In this document: positions 40,006 through 48,130 of the stretch, one piece after another
Layout: each line of letters opens with the position of its first letter
Numbering within the stretch: the stretch's first letter is position 1
Source: a virus
Length of the DNA: 64,000 nucleotides
Reading direction: 5' to 3' (one strand)
IMG/VR virus record: IMGVR_UViG_3300011271_000003
Location: 34,805-98,804 of that record
The notes under the pieces: generated by a model
What the model saw: only the letters and a program-made list of their open reading frames with translations
The model's database searches: none
Told to the model about the DNA's origin: nothing
Program-made: the position numbers and the translations under genes

Positions 40006-40294
40006 GATTCCTCCAGGAATCGTTTTGTACGCAATCTGCGTACGCGTCCAGGCTCCTTGCGGAGCCTCGACGTCTACGTAGGTTACCTGTTCTGCATCTG
40101 TCCGCCGGTGATGCTGTGTGCTTCGAGGGTTCTGATTCCTACGAAGTAATCCGCATGCTCTTCGAACTCGTAGCGGAAGATCTCCGTGTGCATCGGCTCG
40201 CCGTCCTTCTCAGGAACAACGAGTGTAACGATTACTTCGACCATTTCGGTTTCCTTCCGGAACTGTAATTGAGTATTATTTTTGCTCTACTTTA

Positions 40295-40327
40295 ATTATA
40301 TAGTGGCGATTGTGTAAATCTCAAGTG
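40295..40327 (-). promoter_or_regulatory. Strong sigma70-type promoter
   Basis: CAC-TTGAGA-N18-TATAAT preceded by phased A/T tracts. Confidence 0.8.
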
Positions 40328-40362
40328 CTTTTGAAAAGAACTTTTGGGAAATTTTTGACTTG

Positions 40363-40409
40363 GGTAGGAGCGGGAGCATCGCCGAAATTCTAATGCTCCC
40401 GCTCCTACC
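40363..40409 (-). terminator. 17-bp-stem hairpin (terminator or processing site)
   Basis: GGTAGGAGCGGGAGCAT/ATGCTCCCGCTCCTACC. Confidence 0.6.
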
Positions 40410-40808
40410 GGCTCTAGCGGTTGCGTCGTTTGTCGTCACGCCTGTTCAGGATGACGTTAGTAACTACGATCAGTACCACGAGCAGTACCGCGTAGCCTAC
40501 GAGCCACGGGATGTAGATCATCGTTCTCCCTTTCCTAGTAGGTCTCGCCAGTAGCCGAGCCATCCGTACCCTGCGGCCTTACTGAGGGCACAGTTTCACC
40601 GTTTGTACCTTTCAGTCGTCGCAGCCTTGACTGCACTTACCGTTTCTGCTCCGTGCGATATTACACGTCGGGCAGATGCTGTTCGGATTGTACCTGCCGG
40701 TCAGCTTCTCGTCGGCAATTTGGTCTAGTAGTTCAGCAGAGGGTTGCTTCCGTAGATCGCACGGACACTTCTCGTACATCATCTGCTGCTTCGTAGTGTA
40801 CGGGCTCC

Positions 40809-41249
40809 TCACTTCTCCTCCAGGTACTGAGCTGCTAGAGCCGCCCAATCGGTTTTACCGTTTCGGCCGCCTCCGTTCGCTCTGCTTCCGCGTCGAGAGG
40901 TCTTGTTCGACTGTGTCGGTTCTCCGGTAGCTTTTCCGCTCCGGAAGTTCTGTGCCGGATTGTACTGATCATTCGGTCCGACTTCTCTTGTAGTCGTAGC
41001 ATTCTCGTCGAGAAGCGGAGTTACGTTCCATCTCGACTCCGGAACGTAGATTGCTCGGATCGTATTCGGACTCTGTCCGCTTACGATTCGTCCTTCTCTG
41101 GACTGCATCCGAGCTATCTTCGGCATCCGACGTTTCGGCGTCGCCGGAGGTCTCCGAATTTCTCGGTCAGCCGCTTGAACGTATTCGAGCCACTCTTGTT
41201 CCTGATGCTGTCGGAGAAGTTTGTCTCGCTTCCGTTCGTTCTCGTTCAT
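40809..41249 (-). CDS. Basic early protein sharing a C-terminal helix motif with 39577 and 41826
   Basis: GRNGKTDWAALAAQYL. Confidence 0.7.
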   Translation of the reverse strand: MNENERKRDKLLRQHQEQEWLEYVQAADREIRRPPATPKRRMPKIARMQSREGRIVSGQSPNTIRAIYVPESRWNVTPLLDENATTTREVGPNDQYNPAQNFRSGKATGEPTQSNKTSRRGSRANGGGRNGKTDWAALAAQYLEEK

Positions 41250-41297
41250 CTCGTCTCCTTCCGAATTTTGTTGTAAATAGATTTATTTGTTATTTAT

Positions 41298-41329
41298 ATT
41301 ATATTATAGGATCTATGGAAAATCTAGTG
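41298..41329 (-). promoter_or_regulatory. sigma70-type promoter
   Basis: CA-CTAGAT-N18-TATAAT in very AT-rich DNA with upstream A-tracts. Confidence 0.65.
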
Positions 41330-41781
41330 AATTTGATTGGGAAATTTTTGGAATTTTTCATCGACTCTCTCCGTGCTCTTTGCACAGCTTGACGGTACCG
41401 TTCCGGAAGAACTCACAGGCCGGGCACCCTGCGACGAGCCACCGGAGTAGATCCGGTAGTCCGTTGTAGGCCGGCAGCTTCGGGGGCTTCATCGACTGAG
41501 TCCCGGATACTTGTCGGTCTTGCAGTCTAGCGCGTGCTTGTAGCCGGCGATTGCGCCGCACTCCGGACACCACGCACGTTCCCGTAGGTATGCCTGGTAT
41601 GCCGGTTCGCCGTCCTTACGGCGAACGTCAGCTAGCTGACGGGCAGTACGTTCTTCTTTCGTCATTTCCGTTTTCCTTTCGGATTTTCGGCATTCTGAGT
41701 TTTCGGATTTCCGACTAATCGGAAGATCCGGTTCTATAGGATCATTGTTTTGTTTAACGTTTAACGTTTACCTACTAGTAT

Positions 41782-42214
41782 TACAACTTAACAACTCAAT
41801 AGTGTGTTTGTGTGTGTTAAACGTTCTAGCTAGTTGTTGACGTCTCGTTCACGTATTGTGTTGCGAGCTCTGAGTAGTTGACTTTACTTCTTCCTGAACG
41901 ACCGTTCTTGCGGTTGTCGATTTCTTGTGTCAACCACTTGTTGAATGACTCACCATCGAACATCACTTTGATTCCATGACCCTTACCACCAGCAGCTTTG
42001 AACTGCTTGTAGTTCGATGCGATCGTTCCTGACTTCGCGTAACCATAGAATGGTTGTGGATCTAGCTCGACGTTGATGTGGTTCTTCGCAAACATGATGT
42101 TGGTGATCATCATCGCAGCGTAAGGTGTGAGATCTTGCATGTTGGTTCACTCATTTCTTTTGTTGAAGTTTTGTTTGATCTCACACAAACACACTATTGA
42201 GTTGTCAAGTTGCA
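41782..42214 (-). repeat. 33-bp inverted repeat (41782-41814 / 42182-42214) enclosing gene 41826-42140; includes boxA at 42194-42208
   Basis: 31/33 Watson-Crick pairs; both mismatches are G.U on the - strand transcript. Confidence 0.9.
41826..42140 (-). CDS. First gene of the leftward arm; LTPY...PQPFYG family protein
   Basis: Paralogue of 39577-40005. Confidence 0.8.
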   Translation of the reverse strand: MQDLTPYAAMMITNIMFAKNHINVELDPQPFYGYAKSGTIASNYKQFKAAGGKGHGIKVMFDGESFNKWLTQEIDNRKNGRSGRSKVNYSELATQYVNETSTTS

Positions 42215-42241
42215 TGTTGTTTTGTTTTTACTTCTAACTAT

Positions 42242-42271
42242 ATTATAATAAGGATCATGAAAATTTATACG
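42242..42271 (-). promoter_or_regulatory. Leftward promoter at the start of the early arm
   Basis: TATAAT in AT-rich context with a weak -35 (CGTATA) at N18; boxA ~35 nt downstream. Confidence 0.55.
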
Positions 42272-42360
42272 CCCTTCCGGTTAAGTTATATTCGGGCAGG
42301 ATTTCATGTGTTACATTGTCACACGGTTGGTGGGTGTGTAGTCTTACGGTGGGCCTCTAT

Positions 42361-42411
42361 GTATACCAATACAGTGCGTTTCCATTGGGACATCAGGTAA
42401 AATAGATGACA
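42361..42411 (+). promoter_or_regulatory. Late promoter, copy 1
   Basis: 45/51 identical to 57375-57425; GTATACCAAT box, GTGCGT-N18-TAAAAT. Confidence 0.8.
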
Positions 42412-42458
42412 GGAATACAATCAGTGAATCGAGTAGTCTCTGAGCCTGAGGAGGTGTC

Positions 42459-42737
42459 ATGGAGTCAGCCGACCTTGATGAGGCGAGCAACTTCAGTGAA
42501 ACCCCCGAACAAGCTGCTACCCGCATTATCAGAGAAGCAGCTCCTTTTGCTGCTGCAGCGGTCTCGGAACTGATGAGCGACGTGACCGTTAGCTCATCAG
42601 TTAGGTTTCGGGCGGCACAGTACATAATTGACCGTAACCTCGGACCGGTCAACTCTGACGCGGGCAAGGTGGACGAGCTCGAGAGGTTCCTGACCGAGCT
42701 GAACAGGGAAGCTAACGAAGGCGGCGGACGACACTAG
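42459..42737 (+). CDS. Possible terminase small subunit
   Basis: First late gene; helical, with VRFRAAQYIIDR..G motif. Mostly positional inference. Confidence 0.45.
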   Translation: MESADLDEASNFSETPEQAATRIIREAAPFAAAAVSELMSDVTVSSSVRFRAAQYIIDRNLGPVNSDAGKVDELERFLTELNREANEGGGRH

Positions 42738-42931
42738 CGCCCTGTGGACCTCCTGAAGGGAGGGCACGTGCGGAGCATAGGATGGATACCGGGGTGGCTC
42801 GTGGCCCTGCTTGTTGTCGTAATCGTAGTCATCATTGCAGCTATTATTATCTCTGCCCTCGGTGGATTTGAGTGGGCCGTGGTTGTTGGTCACTTCCACT
42901 GGAACATCGGCGTTAGCAAGGGGGCGTAGGG

Positions 42932-43684
42932 ATGGGCCTAGTATCCGATAGGGTACTGATGCAGACGCTGACTGCTGCTGGCGTTGGTACCGTTAGCAGC
43001 GGGTGGTTCGACCTCTCGTCCTACCGTGCAGGTGCGTTCTACGTTGTTGTGACCGTAGGCGGAACACTCACGCCAAACTTTCACACGTCACCGGACAGCG
43101 GAACTACTGATACGGGGCTTATCTCTACGGGCGAGCTCGCAGCGCCTGGTGCGCAAGCTGGAGCAGGTGGCCTTCGGTACCCGTTCCTGATCCCCATGCA
43201 GATGCCTTGGGTACGGGTTAACAGCGTCATTAGTGTGTCAGCAGTCACTGGGGTCGTATACTTTATAGGAAGGTCCTGAAGGATGCCAACACTTGCCCTG
43301 CCGGCGCCGACGCTTCCCATTGGGTCACTAGCGGGTGGCACGCCTGGTCCTCTGGTAGCAACGCCGAACATACTTCCGGCTGCAGAAACTGCACTCGGAG
43401 CTAACACGGGCTTCAGCTTTCCAAACAACGGTGCGGTGATACTTCGTGTTGTCGTAGGAGCCGCAGGTGCTGGCAACCTGACGCTTGTCGTTCAGAAGAC
43501 AACGGAGGGTCAGGTTCCCGCGGCGTTCGTGATAGCAGTAGCAAACAGCACCGTACTGCTGCTAGGTCCCTTCAGTCCGGCGGACTTCAATGACGTCAAC
43601 GGGTTGCTACAGGCAACCATGTCGGTGCAAACAGGTAACTCCGTAGGCGTCTATCAGCTGCCAGGTAACGTGTTCGGCCGGTAA
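42932..43684 (+). CDS. Two small G/A/T/V-rich beta proteins (42932-43279, 43283-43684), likely virion accessory
   Basis: Composition and late-operon position. Confidence 0.55.
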
Positions 43685-43693
43685 GGGAGAGCT

Positions 43694-44168
43694 ATGTCCG
43701 TCGGGATCATTCAGGTTACGGTTGCTGCAGGTTCGCCTGCAGCTGTGATGCAGGGCGTGGTGCTGCAGGATGGCGTCTATGCCATTGAAGTGTCTCAGGA
43801 CAACACTGGAGTGACTCTGAACGTTAGTACCCCGTACGGCGTGACCGGGCAGAGTGGGTTTGCGCGAGGCGATGATATAGGATGATGCCTTGGTGGGGCT
43901 GGCTGGCCCTAGGCCTAGTCGTTGGCGGCGTGGCTGTGTACGCAGGAGTAGGCATGTACATCACGCGAGGCTGGATGTGAGCCTCTCCCAGATACAGTTC
44001 ACGGTGACGGCCAACGTGGCTAGTACACCAGTCGTGTCTGGACCTGTTCCGGCAGGTACCTACACGATTACGATCGGAACCGAGCCCGGTTTCAATTCCG
44101 AGTACATAGCTATACTGACTCCAGTCGGTGTAGCAGAAGAGCAGGACTTCCAGTCAGGAGACCTCTGA
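43694..44168 (+). CDS. Paralogous ~63-aa pair (43694-43885, 43977-44168) separated by a 32-aa TM peptide gene
   Basis: Shared IQ.TV.A...G.Y.I...TP.GV....F..GD pattern. Confidence 0.6.
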
Positions 44169-44423
44169 TGGACTTCGGTGGCGCTGTACGCGCCCTCAAG
44201 GACGGGCAGCGGGTCACGCGTCCAGGCTGGAATGGCAAGGGCATGTGGCTACCCAGACGGCATCGCGATCAACGTGAACACCGCCGAGGCCACTGGAATC
44301 CCGCCGGGAACCGTCTGCAAGTTCCGGCCTTACATCATGATGTGGACCGCGAACGGCGACTTCGTTCCCTGGCTAGCTAGTCAGAGCGATGTGCTTGCCG
44401 AGGATTGGGAGGTAGCAGAATGA
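44168..44423 (+). pseudogene. tad2: DUF2829/Tad2-family anti-defence protein split by a frameshift at ~44247-44250
   Basis: Frame 1 MDFGGAVRALKDGQRVTRPGWNGKGMW; +1 frame GYPDGIAIN..TAEATG..FRPYIMM.TA.GDFVPWLASQSDVLAEDW. Confidence 0.8.
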
Positions 44424-44793
44424 CGTGGAGCTTGAATGTAGGCGGACATACGCCTACTCCGGAAGGGGAAAGTGACTGGCGGAGAGTGGAGCACGAACTT
44501 GTCGCGGAGCTCCACAGGGTGTTGTCTGACCCGAAGTACGGAACAAGCTCCTCCAACTTCGCCGGCAACTATGTAGTGGGCGAGATTCACAAGACCAACC
44601 CGATTCTGGTAACCGGCGAGCACGGACCTGAACTAGCTACTCTCCCTACTGGATCAACAGTAGTTGCGGAAGACTCGGGTGCTGCGCCATTCGGTACTGA
44701 GAGTGATCCTGGGACCTGAAACTGCCATTCGCGGCCTGTGGACTCCCGGAACGGGTTGAAAGAGAGTCCGCGCGGACATTGAGGAGGTGTCTG

Positions 44794-45054
44794 GTGAGTA
44801 TGTGGATCGATGTCGGCATGGGTCACCGGGTACAGCTTCTTGACGGTGGTGGCGTTCTCTGGGAGCATGACACTTCGCCGGGGTATCGTACTGGCTCATA
44901 CCTTGTCCGTAGGCATCAGGTTTCTCCGGTAGAAGGCGAAATATGGACCGTCGTCCAGCGTGAGCCGCTGACGCTGAGTCCGTCTTTGCATTGTGACCCA
45001 GCACTTGGTGGCTGTGGCATGCACGGGTTTGTTCGCGACGGGAGGTGGACATGA
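44794..45054 (+). CDS. Small DUF6527-like His/Cys protein
   Basis: WTV...PLTLSPSLHC....CGMHGFVRDGRW. Confidence 0.55.
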   Translation: MSMWIDVGMGHRVQLLDGGGVLWEHDTSPGYRTGSYLVRRHQVSPVEGEIWTVVQREPLTLSPSLHCDPALGGCGMHGFVRDGRWT

Positions 45055-47564
45055 CCGTAACACCGACCATGGCTGCCTACTTCAACTCTGTTGGGTATAA
45101 GCCGTTCCGGGAGCAGTGGACGTACCACAACTCCGATGCCAGGTTTAGGTTCTCTGCATGCGGACGTCGATTCGGAAAGTCGACGATGGCAGCCCGTGAT
45201 GTGATTCCGAGGTACCTGCTGAAGCCTGACAAGCGAGTATGGTGCGTTGGTCCAACCTACGATCTGAGTGAGAAGGAGTTCCGAGTCATCTGGAACGACT
45301 TGATCATAAAGAAGAGGTTTGGCAGGGACAAGCGGGTCAAGAAGGCGTACAACAAGCGGTCTGGGGACATGTTCATTACTTTGCCTTGGCAGACTACGGT
45401 TGAGTGCAGGTCTGCTGAACATCCAGATCTGCTAGTCGGTGAGGCTTTGGACCACGTTATTATGTGCGAGGCGGCAAAGCATAAGAAGGAGACGTGGGAC
45501 CGCTTTATTCGTCCGTCTCTTGCAGACAAGAGAGGCTCCGCTGACTTCCCGTCCACTCCTGAGGGCTTCAACTGGTTCTACGAGAGTTGGCAGTTCGGTC
45601 GAGATCCGGATTTGCCTGAATATGCCTGCGTCGACGAGAAGACAGAGATTCTCACACAGCGTGGATGGTTGAGGTATGATCAGGTTCGAGAGGGAGACCA
45701 AACTCTCTCGATTAATCCGAAAACTGGTTTGAGTGCGTGGGATACAATAGAGAGCGTACACCAGTATTCAGGCCAGCACGACCTGACTCGAATGGAGAGT
45801 AACCAATTCTCGGCACTTACAACAGGCAACCATCGCTGGCTCGTTAACAGTAGACCGACTCTCGATGGACGTAGTGGTGGCTGGCGCTGGAAGACTACGG
45901 ACACGCTAGCCTACGTTGATGGCGTTCCGGGGGCTGCACCTTGCGTAGACTTGCCTACGACGTCTAAGTACTCTGACGAGTTCGTTGAGCTGGTTGCTTG
46001 GATTTGGACGGAGGGTTCTCACCTTTCAGATTCGGCAAAAAGCTTGTCAATATCTCAGTCACACGTTGTGAATCCTGAGAATGTCATTCGCATTCGTCGG
46101 ACACTTGAGGTCCTCGCTCCACGGCCTGTGCGTAACCAAGACGGTTACTGGTCAGAGCGTAGAGATACTACGCGGTCAACTCGATTTGCTTTGGGTGCCG
46201 GGCTAAGTAGTCGGTTTTGGAGCGTTTTCCTGCGACATAAGGTTGTCGATCCTGCGTTTGTTCTGTCTTTGACGGAAGCGCAGCTTAGACTGTTCGTAGA
46301 CGTCTCTCAGTTGGGTGATGGGTGTACTAAGGGTGCGAACAACAGTATAGGACAGAAGTCACTAGATCAGCTTCAAGCAGTTCAGATGGCTTGTTGCCTA
46401 CTGGGTATTCCAACTACTGTTCGGCACAGCGGACCTGATGCATGGAAGCTTTTGCTGGGTAAACGACAATTTATTAGGCCTAAGCAGGCGCAGATGTCTA
46501 GCCTGAGAATCACGAAGGAGTTGTACGAGGGGACTGTTTGGTGTGTGTCTACGCATAATGCTAACTGGCTAGCACGTCGGAGTGGTTCGGTATACTACAC
46601 GGGAAATAGTTGGAAGTTTCCGAGCTGGTATAACACCAACGTTTACCCACTGGGAAGAGACGACCCCGAGATAATCCTCCTGCAGAAGACGATGGTCAAG
46701 GAGTGGTTTGAGCAGGAGATTGGGGCCGACTTCAGCTCCTTCGTCGGCAAGATATTTCCAGACTGGGACGAATTCCTGCACGTACGTCCCCATGTATTTC
46801 GGCCAGAGTGGAAGAACTACATTACGTTCGACTGGGGCTACACTAATCCGCTTGCTGCCGTGGAGTTCCAGGTTAGTCCGTCAGATCAGATTTACATTTG
46901 GCGGGTGTACTACAAGAACTACAAGACGATTCCGGATGTTGCGAGGGAACTTAAGGCTCAGGAGCATCCTGAGGGGTACCACGTCGACCTGTGCTTTGGT
47001 GACCCTGCAGATCCTGAGGCAGTCGAGATGATGACCCGGGAGCTGGTTAAGGATGAGCCAGCCGAGTCTCCCTACCGTGGCGCTCCTGTTTGGGCGCCAC
47101 CTGGCTTGAAGAACGATTACACGTGGCGAGACGGCATCGACTTGATGTCGGAGTTCATGAAGAACAACCGGGAGGTTGGACAGGACGAGTGGGGGACGCC
47201 AGAGTATGAGCCGGCGTACTTCGTTGATCCGCGTTGTCGTGAGGTGATTAAGGAACACTCTAACTACAGGTCGAAAGCTCCTGTCAAGGGGCAGAACGTT
47301 CCTGAGCTAGGGAACAAGATCGAGGATCACACTATTGACGCTATTCGGTACGCGCTGCTCTGTATTTTCAAGATCGGCTGTCAGTACCATCTGGCGGATG
47401 TCATGGCACCGGTGCCACTGGTTTCAGCAGGCGCACGGAAGTTGGAGCGGACAGCGGTGACTGATAGCGCACTGGTTGGTCTCGTGAGCGGCGGACCAGA
47501 CGTTTATGCCGGTGCCGCGTTCAGCAGCTCAGGTGGTACCTTCACACAGAACATGGACTTCTAA
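45051..47564 (+). CDS. terL: Terminase large subunit containing an intein
   Basis: GRRFGKS Walker A, VGPTY, GEALD..IMCEAA, STPEG.NW, DWGYTNP, DPA, DHTIDAIRY. Confidence 0.95.
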   Translation: MTVTPTMAAYFNSVGYKPFREQWTYHNSDARFRFSACGRRFGKSTMAARDVIPRYLLKPDKRVWCVGPTYDLSEKEFRVIWNDLIIKKRFGRDKRVKKAYNKRSGDMFITLPWQTTVECRSAEHPDLLVGEALDHVIMCEAAKHKKETWDRFIRPSLADKRGSADFPSTPEGFNWFYESWQFGRDPDLPEYACVDEKTEILTQRGWLRYDQVREGDQTLSINPKTGLSAWDTIESVHQYSGQHDLTRMESNQFSALTTGNHRWLVNSRPTLDGRSGGWRWKTTDTLAYVDGVPGAAPCVDLPTTSKYSDEFVELVAWIWTEGSHLSDSAKSLSISQSHVVNPENVIRIRRTLEVLAPRPVRNQDGYWSERRDTTRSTRFALGAGLSSRFWSVFLRHKVVDPAFVLSLTEAQLRLFVDVSQLGDGCTKGANNSIGQKSLDQLQAVQMACCLLGIPTTVRHSGPDAWKLLLGKRQFIRPKQAQMSSLRITKELYEGTVWCVSTHNANWLARRSGSVYYTGNSWKFPSWYNTNVYPLGRDDPEIILLQKTMVKEWFEQEIGADFSSFVGKIFPDWDEFLHVRPHVFRPEWKNYITFDWGYTNPLAAVEFQVSPSDQIYIWRVYYKNYKTIPDVARELKAQEHPEGYHVDLCFGDPADPEAVEMMTRELVKDEPAESPYRGAPVWAPPGLKNDYTWRDGIDLMSEFMKNNREVGQDEWGTPEYEPAYFVDPRCREVIKEHSNYRSKAPVKGQNVPELGNKIEDHTIDAIRYALLCIFKIGCQYHLADVMAPVPLVSAGARKLERTAVTDSALVGLVSGGPDVYAGAAFSSSGGTFTQNMDF
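45627..46607 (+). mobile_element. Intein (327 aa) with LAGLIDADG-type domain, in TerL
   Basis: YA|CVDEKTEILTQRGW, TTGNHRW, VAWIWTEG, SQLGDG, VWCVST...YYTGN|SW. Confidence 0.93.
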
Positions 47565-48130
47565 TGGGTATTCCGCTGCGCGTCGCCGAGCCAACAGGCC
47601 GGTATCGTCGCTCGCTACGTCGGTTCACCTACAGCAGTGATACAAGCTGTTCGAATTCTTTGGGGCATGATGCGAGTGTTGACCTCGGCGACGTACTCGA
47701 GGCTGAGCGGGAAGAAGCTCACGGCGACAACTGGCCACATGACGACGAGCGGTGGCCGAGGGTCTGTGCTGCGTGTGACTACCAGTTTGCCGGGGCCAAT
47801 GAGTGGCAACGTAACGACGACGAGATCTACCGGCTGCCTGATGGGACCGAGTTCGTGTTCCGCCACTCGCTTGGCAGAGTGGCACCGGTAGGCACCATGA
47901 TCCGCGCTGCCTGGTACGACAAGTACAGCCAGCACCCGGAAGGGATTGAGTCCTGGCTGATTGCGCTGCCCGACGGCGGCGAATGGATCACTAGCCAGAA
48001 GGCTACCGGCGGAGGTTACTGGACAGTTACTGGGGTTCCGCCTAACATTACTGCAAGTCCGTCAATTTTTCATAACTCACCTACAGGGTGGCACGGATAC
48101 GTTCGCAGCGGAGAGCTGGTGAGCGCATGA
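47564..48130 (+). CDS. Hypothetical protein with CxxC and DUF6527-like C-terminus
   Basis: WTVTG.PPNITASPSI....WHGYVRSG resembles 44794-45054. Confidence 0.6.
   Translation: MGIPLRVAEPTGRYRRSLRRFTYSSDTSCSNSLGHDASVDLGDVLEAEREEAHGDNWPHDDERWPRVCAACDYQFAGANEWQRNDDEIYRLPDGTEFVFRHSLGRVAPVGTMIRAAWYDKYSQHPEGIESWLIALPDGGEWITSQKATGGGYWTVTGVPPNITASPSIFHNSPTGWHGYVRSGELVSA

Noticed and set aside
41782-42214. IS or MITE with terminal inverted repeats
   Set aside because: The enclosed ORF is not a transposase, no target duplication is evident, and the G.U-only mismatches favour an RNA stem.
1-42300. Many + strand ORFs in the left arm and - strand ORFs in the right arm from the ORF track
   Set aside because: Shadows of tightly packed, SD-led, overlapping genes on the opposite strand; no recognisable motifs.
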